The position numbers and the translations under genes are program-made. A model generated the notes under the pieces. It worked only from the letters and a program-made list of their open reading frames with translations, was not told the DNA's origin and did no database searches. A stretch of 64,000 nt of DNA from Vicugna vicugna (lineage: Eukaryota): assembly GCA_013265495.1 (NCBI GenBank), contig MU058793.1, positions 64,001 to 128,000 on the forward strand, read 5' to 3'. Shown piece by piece: positions 37,746 to 51,650 of this stretch. How positions within the stretch are numbered: the stretch's first letter is position 1; each line of letters opens with the position of its first letter.

Positions 37746-40700
37746 CCAGGGATGCCGGGTTTAGTGCACCATCTGATTATACCTTTCAAAAACTCAAACA
37801 AGAGAAAGATGAATTTTATTCAGAGCTTTGAGCTGTCCCTTGCATATTTCTAGAGATTAACTCATGGGTTCCTGACTTCACATTGCTATTCTTAAGCATC
37901 CATCTTATCAGCATTGATCTCAGAGGTTTAAAATCATTTTGAAGGCTGGAAAATTATGAGCTTCTCTTTCTAGGTAGCCTCATCTGCTTTGTCAGTTTGG
38001 ACAAGTGTGTGCTCAGGTGCAGTCAGAGACCTGAGTGGAAACTCTCTGGGCTTAGCACCATCTTCTCCTCTCTGACTTGGGAAGAATGCTTCCCCAGAGA
38101 AAAGGATGCTTTCGGAAGTGGATGGCTCCCAAAAGGACAGGAGAGAGCAGTATAAGGGAGTCATGTTGAAAGTGATTTTAATGTATACAATTCAGCAAAA
38201 ATATGATGAGAAAGAAAAGCAATTTAAATCAACAGTACTCAACCAGTGCTATACATTCAAATCACTGACAAACCTTAAAACACAACTGCCAACACTTGGT
38301 CCACCCCAGATGAGTTAAACCAAAATACCTGACAGCAAAGCCTTGCTTTCAAAACTACAGGTATTTTTTCCACTTGGCAAGTGAACTTGAGATGGGAACA
38401 GATCTTCCTTTGGTCTCAGTTCCCAGGGGCCTCTCAGAGTAGAAGCACCTCACCACACTGAATGCAATCTGTGATATATTATAAAATCATATTTTGCATG
38501 TACATTTTTACATATTATACATTACTGTATAGATTGCACATCTGTAAATAAATTTAGCTATTGAGGGTTTTTCGCACCAGAATGGCAGTGGGTAGTTTCA
38601 GACTCAGGAGATGCAACAGGCATTATTCCCACTTAGTTAGCTGAAAGATAGACACTGGAAATGTAGCTAGCACATCTTTTTGATTTCATCCGGAGGCTAG
38701 GCAGCCACCTAGGCACACAGCTTCTTTTGCCCTCTCATCTGCCTAGGCCAAGAATTGTTATGGCAGATGAACACCAACGTGTGTTTATCACCTTTACATG
38801 GAGAACCTAAAAGCCTCAGTTTGTTGTAGTCTTTTACCATTCTGGTCACATGAGCCACTCCCCAACCTCATTACTCTCCCTTTCCAGGAATGATCCCATA
38901 GATCCGAGTTTCATAGCACACAAGGTAGACACATCAGCCTACTTTTATCTTAATTCTGTAGTTTGAAGGAACTCATGGTATAAGACCTGTTGGCTCTTAA
39001 CTAAAGAGTTATATATATTTCCAAGCAAGTGGGCTATGGATACCTATGGACTTGCGATATTTTGAAGGGTGAAGTGACTCTGTACGATCTTCACCTGACC
39101 AGCTACTGTTAAACCCAGTTCCTAAGGAAGTTGAAATTTTGCAATCAAAATTAGAAATGAGGTTCTCTGGGCTTCTGCCAGTGAGTTAATCATCGGCCTG
39201 GCTGAAGAGAGGCTCTTGTTTAGTTGGGCAATAGCAAGATAATTCAGAGATGCATGAAGTGTCCCTGTCACTTCTTTTGGAAGCAAACGCAATTGCTTGT
39301 CTTGTCTGTGCCCATCACACAGAGGCATCAGGAGAAGGCTAGCCAGGGTTCTAAGGGAAAAGGCAAGACTGCAGAGGATAAGCAACACGAGCACCAAACT
39401 GAGTAGGTGCTTGGGTGACACCGTCTCTTTGGGAACAAGACCTAAAAGGCTTCTGAGGCTTTCTGGCCAGGCCAAATAACAGATTCCTAAGACTGCGCTG
39501 AGACTGTCCTGGTCCCAGGTTCTTACTTGTCAAAGGGGAAACGTGAGGGCCTCACCCTCCCCTGCTCTACACTTGCTCTTGCTGCTGCAGTGTCTTAAAG
39601 ACGGCCCCCACTGCTTTGCTGCAAGAGGCCCTCCATAAAAAATTCCAGTTGTCAACATCAGATCAATTTTGATATGGGCAAAAGGGTGTTTCCTTGTCCC
39701 GATATTTGCACTTGGCTAAACCACATCCACAGGCCGAATGAGCACTTTTTATTTATTTATTTATCTCTCCAGAAATGAACACAAAGTGTCTGCTCTGAGC
39801 GTCTAAGGCAAAAATTTCACAGAAGCTGTGAAGCACAAATAGTCCTCTTTTAAAGGAAGGGGGTGGGGCTCAGCCTGCAGAACAAAGCCCCCCTTTGAAG
39901 ACTAGCGATTCTAATTTGGAGCCATTTCCCACTCCCAATTCCAAATCTGCATCATTAAACCATGAACAAGTGAGGAGTAATAATTGTGAACAAGCTGAGT
40001 ATTTCTTAATGATTTTCTGTCTTATACCCAAAGCAAATAAGCCAAATGCTTCCTCAAAGCCGAGGGGGGAGTAAGGGGGGGATTTGATTTTGCAATTTCT
40101 TTTTTTTTTTCCTATAGTCTTTCTTCTTCCACTGAAAGTGTCTATAAAATTTTTAAAGGAAAGTAGGTTGCTAAAATGTACTTAATTTGCCATGATAGAT
40201 TGAGTCCATGCTTCAGTGACTGTAATTGAATCTGTGACCTATTTCTTTAGTAAAGTAGAAATAGTCTCTGGGGTTTTTGTCACGACCATCTTTTAATGAA
40301 ATTCAAAAAGACTGTCAAAATGTCTGCACTTTTTCTACTGGTTGTTAATGTTATTACTTTACAATTTGTTACTTTTTAATTAATCTTAATAAATGTGTAC
40401 ACAGTCTACCTGGCTGTTCGAAATGCTAGGCATTGATTCTTCACTGTCATAAGGCAAAACAAAATTAACAGGACAGAAAGGGCAGGGTGGCCAGGAAAGG
40501 TCGGAACCCATTTTGGTTCCACTTTTTAAAAATACTTTAATGCATCAGTTTAGAGAATCTGCCCTGAGAAGAAGGGTACACAGAGCATCAGCAGCGAAAC
40601 GCTGGGGGGCTGCCCCGTGGCCTTTCTCTTACTGGTGCCACCACTAACTTTTCCAACTTTGCTTAGGGGCTGCAAACATGACAAGCCAACAGCCTCGGGG

Positions 40701-41030
40701 AGCAATATTTTATTGACAAAATGTAACAGAAAATATGTTCAGCTGCTTTTAAGCAGTGGTGTAGGAGGGAGTTACAGAACCAGATGGTTCAAATTAGTCT
40801 TTCATTTGCCAAGATGATGGGAAAACACTGACTGTTCTACAACTTAAATGATGGTGGCTGCTTTGCCAGTAGGTAGTTGGCTGTGGTTTCTAGGGGCAGT
40901 TGTTCCTTCAGAGTCCTAAGTACCCAATGCTCTAGGTGAGTTCTAAGGTCCATCTCCTACAGTGTCAGAGGTGGGAGTGAGGAGCGTGTCTTCAGGTCTT
41001 TGCCATGGTGGTGTCAACAGCAAAGTTCTG

Positions 41031-41178
41031 CAGTGGTTTGCAAACATGGCCCCAGACCACAGCATCAGCATCATTGGACCTACTGAATCAGAAATTCAAT
41101 AGCTGGAATATGATCCAGAAGTCTGTTTAATAAGCTCTCCAGATAATTCTGATGCTCACTTGAGTCTGTGAACCACTG
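41031..41178. mobile_element. MER5A-like hAT-Charlie MITE
   Basis: TIRs 'cagtggttt' and 'gaaccactg', with internal 'gacctactgaatcagaa' and 'attctgatgc'. Confidence 0.8.
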
Positions 41179-41899
41179 AGCTAGAGAAGGAGTTGGGGTA
41201 GCTGGATCGTGGAGATGGGGGTAAGTGGTGGAAAATGAATCACATTTGGTTCAAACTGTGAACCATCAAGTATACTATTGTGTCCCAAACATACTCAGGG
41301 CTTCCTCATCTCTTTGCCATGGATGTTTCTTCTGGCAAAGATGCATCAACTCTCCCCTTCCTCTTTTACCTCTTCCCAATCTTTACTTTTTAAAATCTTA
41401 GCCATTCTCCAAGGTTATTTGCTGTGTTCCCTACTTTATGAAGTCTGACTCCTCCAGAAGTATGCTGTCTGTCTCTTCACTGAAGCCTCAAGGCTGTGAC
41501 TTTTCTTATAGCACTTAAATTTAGCTTTGTGCCCCTAGGAAATAAACCCTTAGGGGCAAGTGCGCTGCCATAATGTCTATTATGAAGCAAGGACCAGAGG
41601 AGACGTTAAAATGACTTCTGAAACAGGGATATCATTCAGTGGAAAATGCAGACAATATCCAGTTGATCCATACTTGCTTGCTAAGTACTTCAGTTCTCCT
41701 CTTTGTCTAGTAATCAAGGTAGACCCCATTCACAGGCCAATAGGTGGATCTCATTGTAGGAATGTTCTGGAGATACAACTAATGATTCAATTTGACACAC
41801 ACTGTGTAGACTGCCAGGACTCTTGCTAACTGCCTGTCGCCTAGTGATAAACAAAATACAGCCTTTTTTAAAAAAAAAAAAAAATCCTGATATTCTAAC

Positions 41900-42430
41900 G
41901 GTTAAACAGCACATAAGCAGAATCATTTCAATGTATTAACAAAAGTACAGAGGCATGTACAAAGTCTGATGCAGGCACAGAGCACAATACTCCCTGTACT
42001 CCACTCTTGGAGTTTTAAGGAAGGCTGCTGGAAAAGATGCTTACGTTTTGAAGGCTGAGGAAGAGAGCCAGGTAAAGGAGAGTATAGAAGAGTGTTCCAA
42101 TAAAGAACAGTGCAAAGGCATGGAGGTATAAAACAGTAGCATGGTAAAGGTCAAGGGGTGCATGGATTTCAAGTACTTTGACATTATTAGAGCACGATTT
42201 TCTAGTTGGAGACTGGCAGAAGTTAAGACTGTGTCATTAACCAGGGGACCAGATCATACATAGAGGGCTTTATTGTCCCTGCTAAGGAATTTAGGATTTA
42301 TTCTAGAGGGCTTAGAGAACAAAAGAAGAGGAGTAGTGGTTAGATTTGCAATTTAAATAGATTGTCCTGGCTCCAATGGTGAGGAGGGGTCAAAGGAATG
42401 AGGCTGGATGGTGATGAGGGAGGACAAGAA
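41900..42430 (-). mobile_element. L2 fragment
   Basis: 'gaacagtgcaaaggcatggagg', 'ggggaccagatca' and 'gctaaggaatttaggatttattct'. Confidence 0.65.
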
Positions 42431-44211
42431 GAGCCCTGGGCATTTGCAGATCTTCCCAGGGGACACAGTGGGATTCACTCTCAAACCAATTAGAACAATG
42501 AGCTCTTTCTCATTAGGAGCATAACCCGGGCAGAGTATAGTTCTGAGTGAGGCACAGCAGGCCTTGCTCTGGGTAAATGGACTGGTAGACAGGCTGGTTT
42601 GGATGGGAATGGCTTGTCTTGTATAAGTGGCCACACTACTCACCCCGTCATTTGATTGATAAGGATTTCCAGCCTGAGCACTTGAACATAACAGGCCATA
42701 ATGGCTTGAATGGGCAGTCATTGATCATTATCATACTCACCACAAACCTCTAGACCGACTGACTTGGAGTCATCGCTATTCCCTCTCTGTCTTGCATTAA
42801 TCACATTTTTTAAAATAATTCCCTAGCATATTTCACTTGATCCAATAACAATACCCACTTTTAAATACTTCCTTAGAGCAAATGCTGGAAGAGGTTTTTC
42901 AACCATTTGCTCTTCATGCTGAGGGTTTAAACCATTGCCTCTGAGTTATTTAAAGTCCTAGAGAGCAGTTTGTTTCCATAATCGGGCCCCAAGGTCCTAG
43001 ATTTGTGAAGAGAAAATAGGAATCCTGAAGACTCTTACCACTCAATGGAAAACTAACATTTACAATATTTCTCATAGGATTTTGTGGTTAGGAAAACACT
43101 CATCACCTGTGTTGCTCTGGTGACTCATTATTTGTGATTTTGTGGTACTGGTGTCATCTCTAGGAGCTCAGATTTAACATCTTGCTCAAGCTAGTGAGAT
43201 CTCAGCTAGTAAGATGCTAGAATTTGAACCAAGGACATGCCTCCTACTGAATTTCTCTGCTTTCCCTTCATACTGGGCACAGAATACCTTCACTCAAGAT
43301 GATTGGAGGAAGGAAGATAGTCAGAGATGGAAGGAAGCACTGAGGAAAATGGTGAAGATCGAAGATTTTGCTTTGGCACCACTATCTGTCCCTTTTAGAA
43401 TCTCCACCCCTAAGCTGTCCATCTCCTTGGACCACTTTCCAGAGAGAAAGTGGGGATAAAAAGATTTTTTAAAATTGACTTTATATTTAATCAGTGTGAA
43501 ACCCCACCATCTATTCAAATTCTAGTCCATCTTTAAGGCCTAGCACGGATCCTTAACCATTCTTTCACTATTAGAGCTTGCATTCAGTTACTTTCCCTTG
43601 GAATCTATCAAAAGAGATGGCAGACAACCCAGTATTTAATGGCATCCAGTCACTTTCTGTTTACTATTAGTCCAGCCGCATAAGCAATGCTGAAAATATC
43701 AGTTATCCAGAAAATAAATCCAACAGAATAGCTGAGTTTCCAGATGACTGAGGGTGTTCTTCCTTAGGCCTAAAAATTTTTTTTTAAGTGTAAACATTTT
43801 GGCAAGAAGCACATTTATGGTGTATCGTGTATATCTTTTTCAACATCTTCGCCATGCATTACATTAGCACATTAATGAATACCGAGTAGACGTAATACGT
43901 GCAAAGATGCAGTACATCTTTGTCATGAATTATTGCACTGTGCCTTGTTACTAGGTGTCCCTGTACTTAATATCCTCATATTCCAGAGTTTTTTGCCTTT
44001 TATCTATTAGATTTTCAAATCTCTCCTCTCTTACTCACAGAGGCTTTCAGCCATCAGTGTACCTACAGTAGAAATCTATCACTGCTCCCAAAGGGCTGTG
44101 AGCTTGGAAATCACAGAATCATGTTTGTTAGCTATGTAAGCAAAGTCTGAGTAAATAGGTCTCTAGTTAGGGCTAGAAGTACTAGCTCACTAGTTGGGTT
44201 GATCAAGGTTT

Positions 44212-44350
44212 TTTTTTTTAACATTTTTTATTGATTTATAATCATTTTACAATGTTGTGTCAAATTCCAGTGTTCAGCACAATTTTTCAGTCATTCATGG
44301 ACATATACACACTCCTTGTCACATTTTTTTCTCTGTGAGTTATCATAACA
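44212..44350 (-). mobile_element. Young 5'-truncated L1 3' end with TSD
   Basis: Poly(T) followed by antisense L1 3'UTR ('ttattgatttataatcattttacaatgttgtgtcaaattccagtg'), flanked by the direct repeat 'aaggttt' (44205-44211 and 44351-44357). Confidence 0.8.
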
Positions 44351-46237
44351 AAGGTTTAATTTCTGTCTCATGACTATTTTCTAGATAAACAAATTTTTGG
44401 ATAAGGAGAATGTTCTTGTCTAATAGGTACTGTTTTGTATATCCATTAGGTCGTGTTTTCTATATCTTCCACAGTGCCAAACACAATGCTGAGCCCACAG
44501 CAGACACTGAACAAATGATTTGTTGATTACAGTCTTCAACTGCAAAAAGTGTCTAATAACGACCAAAAGATTCTTCCCACTAGCTGCTATTTTGATTGCT
44601 CTAGGCATTGCATAGTGTAGTAAAACATGAAGACAGCATGGTTTTAATTTTACATCTCTGTAAGCCAACTTAAACTCTTTCTGGAACAAGGTTAGACATA
44701 AGCAAAGTGGTGTTGTCCAACTAACCTTTAATAAATAGTTCTGCATCTTCCAAAGAGACCATGGGCGGAGTAACCTCTGAATTAAATACACATATAAATG
44801 AAAACTAGGTAATTGTTAATTTTTTAAAAAATCTCATGTAAGATTTTTGTGGTCGCCCCTACAGAACTGCCAAGCTGAGGGACAGCAGGAGAAAGAAATG
44901 AAAATGGCACCCAAAACTTGGTCCACACACACAATACTCTGTGTTAGTTTCTTAATGTTTTATTTCAGCCCTTTGTGGAGAGGACATTAGGGGACTACCA
45001 AGGAATGGCCACAGAAAAGGAAAATAAACTGAAGATATCACATCATTTTATCAAGTGTAAAATATCAATGAGTTTTGGAAATTACAAAACCTACACAACC
45101 CACTGTAGTGACGAGAGTGGGGACTTCTGTCTCCTGTAGTTATTGCCCACCATTCTTTGAAACTGCTTTTTAGCATTTCTGAATTGAGAAGAGCTCTAGA
45201 AACTACAGGTTTGATCATCCAAAGGTTATAATCTAGGATGTCTTAATGACTACACGGTTAGACTATTACATTTTTGCCCCAAGGTACTGACTGAGTCTCA
45301 AAGGTGGCATTCCACATTCATTCCTACTGAGATCTCATTATGCATGTGTAATCTGAGTAAACAATGAGACTCTATTGAATTAAATTCCTCCCTTTAAATT
45401 AGCCTTAATACAGAAAAGGAGGAGACAGGATGGTTATTATTACAGAGATCAAGTAATTAATTTTGTAAGTTCTATAAAATATTGAAGGAAATCATGCAAA
45501 TTAATTTGCAAAACAATTAGAATGGCAAGCATCAAATATGTTTATTTATGGAAAAAAGAGATAAAGTGAGTCTGGATCTGTTCATTAGTCATGGAATCTC
45601 TCCATCCTGATGAGAATGATGTACACATATGACTGAAGTGCTAAATAAAAATTTCAGACACCGAATAACTAACTGGAACTCAACATAGCTAAATATAAAC
45701 TTTTTAGAAAATCATTTTTAGAAAATATATTGTGTTTAATATCATTTTAGTCTAATCTCATATCTAGGAGAAATTATGTTAATAGCCATAATTCTCCCCT
45801 CCTAAATTTATATAGGATTTCAGAGTTTTATATGGGATTTCTCAGTTTTCAACTTGCTTGACAATCTAAAGGCAATGCCATCTTTTTTGAAAAACAAAGG
45901 TTGAAACAAAAAATTTTGAGCCATTAACTAGAAAATATAACCCAGACAAATAGTACAAACATTTAGCATGTTAAATAACTATGGTTTAATCAAGGTATAT
46001 TATAGCATCTATTACTTAAAATTATGAGCTAGATATGTAAGGACATCACTCTGGTTCTGAGCTTCAATTATTCATATACATGCTCCCAACTGCTCTGAAC
46101 ATTAGCATTAATATCAAAAAATATTATGTACAGGAAGAAATGTACATATTGTTCCTGTATAAGTCCTGGGGTTTTTTCTACAGTCATTTGAAATTATTGG
46201 AAATTACAGATCTATCAGGATCTAGCCTTGATACTAG

Positions 46238-46440
46238 GGTGGGATTTCTCAACCTCACTATTGAAATTTGGGGCCAGATAATTCTTTGCTGTGATAGCAG
46301 CTATCCTGTGCATCATAGAATGTTTAGCAGCATCCCTGGGCCTCTACCCATTAGATGCCAGTAGCTTGTTCCTAGCATTTGACAATTGCCAAATGTTCCC
46401 TGGGGAACAAAAATCCCTGGCACAGAATAAAAAGTGATTA
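46238..46440. mobile_element. MER20-like hAT-Charlie MITE
   Basis: 'tttctcaacctc...ggccagataattctttg...tgtttagcagcatccctgg.cctctacccattagatgccagtagc'. Confidence 0.85.
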
Positions 46441-46899
46441 CAGCCATGGTATGATAACAAAGGAGTTCCATGGCACAATAACAAAGAGATCTAACATATA
46501 AGTAACTGGGAGTGTCTAGAGTAGGCAGGGAGGACAGAAAAAGAGGAATTAGGCTCAATAAAAGAAAACATTGCTGAATTAAAGGAAAGAAAGGCCCAAC
46601 TGAGACTAGGAAAGGCTGCCCATATCCTGGGAAAACACTAAGACATTCTGCTAATGAACTTCAAGGATTAAAAAACATTCTAGGCAGGAAAAGGCCCAAA
46701 GGAAATTTTTAACCCAATAAACACTAGAATACTGTTAAAGAACTCCCCATATTTGAGTCAAGTCACCAAAATGTGTCATTCTTTGCTTGAACTTAGTTTA
46801 GACGTGGAGCCCATTACACAGGGGGATCCACCACCTTCCCGGACACTTGCTCAGATTCTGGACCACACACTCGGGCATTGCTTAACTGATGCTGCTGTT

Positions 46900-47370
46900 C
46901 ATTATTCTTACTGGATGCTCACCCCCTTCCTCGTGGATACCCACAGGAGTCTGCCTAATTACCCACTTCCTTGCCAACAATGTTTTTATCTGCAGCAGAA
47001 GTGTCATTTTATTCTTCAGTACATTTTAATCTTAACTAAGCTTTTATCTGCACTCTTTATTAAGATGGAACAGATTTTTGCTGGTTGATTGGACATTTCT
47101 ATTTTTTTCTTCTGTAGTTGCCTCTCAGTGTACATTGCCCATTTTCCTATCATTTTGTTCATTTTTCAAGTCAGACTGCAGTTGCTCTTTGTGAGCTGTC
47201 AGATGTGTTGAGAGAATTGGCTTCTCCGGTGTGTATTTTATCTTTTGAATTTGTTTCTGGTGTTTTGCTGAACTGAAGCTTTCCCTTTTAACGTGGTCAA
47301 ATCCTTCAGAATTTTCCTTTATGGCCTCTGGGTATCTCATCTTCCTTGGAAAGGTCTTTATATCACTCTG
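46900..47370 (-). mobile_element. Old L1M fragment
   Basis: 'attgcccattttcctat' and 'gtggtcaaatc...ttttcctttatgg' are typical of antisense L1 ORF2 3' regions. Confidence 0.55.
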
Positions 47371-49084
47371 GGATTATGATATTCTTATACTACTAGTGCC
47401 AGCATGGCTGAAGAACAACTGATGGCAAGAACTCAGATGCTTCTGACCAAATGATCAGAAGAACCCTGGGAAAAGAATGACATTTTTAAAGGGCTAAAAA
47501 TGTAAAACACAAAGATTATACAAGCCAAACAGCAGAAAAACTAAAACTCCTTAGGTTTATAAAGAAGCCGTTGTTGAGCCTAGCTGTAATTTGAATAGCC
47601 AGCCAGGACAGAGGAACATAACATTAAGATCTTATGGTCAGCTAAACTGCCTCTATTTAATGGTATATTGTGTGCATGTGCACATATATATATACAAAAC
47701 TGGCAACTTAATGATTTAAGTTAAATTCTTCCGAGTGCCCAGAAACAGAAAAAAGCTGATAAGAACCATAATTCTTTCTGAGTTGGCATACTCTCTAGGT
47801 ACCCAATATCCATATCCCACTACCTTCATAATCAATGGTGACTCCCAGACTACAAAGGACTTCCTTGATTCTGAAATTTTATAACCATCCACTCAATTCT
47901 CTTCCTTACCAACACCATTTGTCCACAAAAAGCCCCAAATAGACTTTTCTCAATGACCCTGCATGATCTCAACCTGTACTCTATCTTTCTGGATTAAGCT
48001 CCTCTTGATTGATGGAGCTTGGCTGTCTGGTTTCAGCAAGCTCAGGTCTCCCAATTTACACTCTTGCTCCCAAGCCCCACCCACTCCTGAATGATCAGGA
48101 CCCACTGTGACGTTTAAGGGTCTTTACTGTGACACAGGCAGGTGGCAGATAAAGATTTTTCCCTCACCTCTTTAAGGTCCTGCAAATTGCTAGGCACATA
48201 ATAGATTTTTAATAGTAATCATAATAATAATGGCTAACATTTATTAAGCACATGCAATGTGCTTTATGGTACTAAGAACTTTCCATGTATTTCCTCATTT
48301 AATCTTCAGAAAAGCCTTATGAAGTAAGTAAAATTATCGTATTATTATTATTATTCCTAATTTTTCAGAATAAATAAACAGAAGTCCTAAATAAAAATAT
48401 GAGTGAAAAATATCTTTCCAAAGGAAGGAGGGGGTTCATTTTATTCATTGCGAAGAAATGCTATGATAAATAGTTATTTGTGGCAAACTTGCCTGCCATG
48501 AGCAATAGCACACTGAGAACACAGACTCTTATCTGGAACTTTTCAAAATGTAGCTGATTAATAATCTTTGTTTCCTACCAAATACATGGAAGAAAGCAGC
48601 CTTCCTTCATGAGGAGGATGAATTAACAATACAGAAAAAGGTACAGGTATTGAAGAGAAAGGAAGGGTAAATAGTTTCAACACGTGCAAATAGGAGAACT
48701 TCTGGAGGTGGGCTCAGTAAGTATTAAGGTTCCTTTTAAGATAGGCCTCACTAGACATTTTTACTGGTATTTCCTAAGGCAAGGACTACACTTCTCTCAT
48801 TGTACAGATGCAGGCAGGGTCTAACCCATGGAAGTGAGGGAGAGCTAATTCTGTCCCTTTTTATTTTTATGTGGACTAGAAATAATTTCTGTGACATATG
48901 AGATTTTAAAATTTCTTTATTTCTCTCAATATCACTGTCTTATTGTTACTGTTGCTATACTACACTCATTTTCCTACAGGAAAAACCAGTAAGACTCTCA
49001 AAACAAAATGAGGTCTGTGCTAATTTTGGAAAGCAGCAGAAAGATCCAAGTGGATAATCCTGTACCTTGATTTATATCCAGCCT

Positions 49085-49707
49085 GGTAGATTAGTTTTCT
49101 CTTACTGTGTAACAAATTACCACACATTTAGCAGCTTAACACAGTTAAATTTATTATTTCACAGGTTCCACGTGTCAGGAGTCCAACATGTTTCAGCTGA
49201 GTCCTCACAAGGCTGAAAACACGATGTTGGCTATCTGCATCCTCATCTGGAGGTTCAATCAGAGGAATGTCCACTGCCAAGCCCCTTTAGGTGGTTGGAA
49301 GAATGTATTTCTTGATGCTGTATAACAAGAGGTCCCCAATTTCTTGTTGGCTATTGGCCAAGGACTGCTCTCGGCAGCTAGAGGCTGCTCTCAGGGTCTT
49401 GCCACATAGCCTGCCCCATAGACAGTTTACAACCTGGCTGTTTAATTCTTCAAGGCCAGCCAGGGGAATTTCTATTTTTTTTTTTTTCTCAACAAGGAAC
49501 CACCTTTGAAGAACTCACCTGATTAGATTAGGCCCACCCAAGATGATCTCCCTTTTGATGAACTCAAAATCAACTGATATGAGACCCTAATTACATCTGC
49601 TAAATCTCTTCACGTTTGTCATATCATGTGACCTAATCATGAGAGTGAAGGGTGTGGACACCAGGGAGCAGGAATCTGGGGGCTGTCTCAGAATTCTGCC
49701 CACCACA
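49085..49707 (-). mobile_element. MaLR solo LTR (MLT1E-like)
   Basis: 'gtaacaaattaccacacatttagcagctta...ctcacctgattagattaggcccaccca...agaattctgcccaccaca'. Confidence 0.85.
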
Positions 49708-51650
49708 TCTGTGGGCAGAACAAGGACTCAGTCACAGGTTAGACAATTCTCCCTGAGAAAGTATGCCAAACCCCTGATGAATGCAGGGAGAAGGCACAAA
49801 GACATAAGGGAGGAAATGGCCTGAAATGAGGACAAAGAAGGAACCATGTTTGTTTGCCAAAAGAGCCCCTCTTGTACTTGCATTGTTTTACTAGAGGCAG
49901 ATGGAGGGGGCAGTTGTAGGAAGAGTTGACTATTCACAGTTTCCAGACAAAGGTCATCTGCCGTATCTGGTCACTCGCCCTAAGAAGAATCACACCACTG
50001 GCTGAGCCTAGACCAGGGAGGGTAGGTCAGTTTCATCTTGCATCACAACTCTGATCAACCCTGTTCCTTACAATTGAGTGCACTTGTAGTGTTGCATGGG
50101 GAAGGATTCTGAAACTATATTTCTTGGTTCAGCAGGAAAGAGTTCTGTGCTTGATTAGTAATGTCTGTCATGAATTCTGGATTGGTGATTAAATGTTGAC
50201 CAGGTATTAGCCATGTCTGACTTAAACTGTATACATTACCCTAAGAAGTCTCAACAAATATTAAACAAAAGGGCAAGTGCTTAGAAACATGCAGTGTATA
50301 GGGAAGGGATAGCTTTTCTAAGACAGTTTCTTATGTTTCCCATCCCTAAAACTGTCATTTTCCTATTTGAAAATCTCCAGTGAGGAAGTTGTTTAGTTTT
50401 AGACTCAATCCATAAATGAGCCATTAGGGAGTACCAGGTAGCTGTAAGAGTTTACAGACCTCGAGGAGTGATGCAGTCATAAAACAGAAGCCCTTCAATG
50501 ACTGAAAACAGTTTTATAAAAGTGAACAGGCTACCAACTCACCACCATGCCCTGCAAAGCAGCATGTGTCTGATTTCCATGTTGTGTTCCAAGTCTACGT
50601 AAAGAAGGAAGTGTCCCCGTTAAGGAAAGGACTGAGTGACTTCCTGAAAAGTCAGACAAGCCACATCCCATTTATCAGAGAGAAGGGTAGGTCATGTCTG
50701 TGTGTCTAGGCCTCTGCCAAAACTTCTCATTTCGATTAGATCAAGGCTCCTGAACATTTTGATCTTGGGAACATTTGCAGTTCCTTGTCAGAGCCATCTC
50801 TGCTTTAACATTTCTTGCGGCTTGGCAAGGAGAAGTCACCTCATTTTCACAACTTCACGGCATTTTTTCACATCATGAAAATGCCCTCATGTTTGTCACT
50901 TGTGCAATAAACAAAAGCAAGAAAGCAAATCCGTCCGCAGAACAGTGCCATATGAAGCTAAATTAAAATGCTAATGGGTGAGCACAACACAGAGAAAACA
51001 GCACACTGCCGAGAGTGGAGGGAACACGGATTTCATGCAGAAGGGTCCTTCGAACCGCAGTCTGTTCAACCTTCCTCCTTCCGAGGGGCTAGAGACAGCA
51101 AAGTAGGACAGAAGTAGAAACCAAACAAACTTTCATGCCTCCTAGTCTCAGTTATTGCTCCTTTCACCTTTTTGGCTTGGTTTTTCTTGGAATAAGGTTA
51201 TGTGAAGTCTGAAGAAACAGCCTCTGGCAATGCTTTTTCACAGAAAATATCCTTTTTTTCTTCTTCCCTCTTCAACCATTTATGTGATGGACCTGCTTTG
51301 ATATAGACAATAAGATGCAATTACCCTCCGGAGCTGAGAAAGAAGAGAATAAAACACCAAGATGAACACTGGAGCAAAACTAAGATACTTATCATTAAAA
51401 TATTAGACAGAATGCATGCCTCTGATATTCTCTTCATGATTGAGCCAAATTATTTATCTATAGATGTCAGATACGTTAGGACAGTTCTTCTAATTGCAGT
51501 GCTATACCTTAGGTTAGAACTTATGAACGATACATTGGTGAATCAATTTCAAAGATCTTTAGGAGAAAACTGAATTGGATCCAATGCATTCAGGGATGAA
51601 TAACATCCCTGAAATTTGGAAAGGAAATGTGTTCCCATTAAGAAGCTACT

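Noticed and set aside
41530..41558. Inverted repeat TGCCCCTA...TAGGGGCA
   Set aside because: 8-bp arms with a 13-nt spacer are expected by chance in 64 kb, and there is no supporting context.
48134..48149. CTCF-like motif CAGGCAGGTGGCAG (and a weaker one near 40600)
   Set aside because: Mismatches at high-information positions. It cannot be supported without a PWM score or ChIP data.
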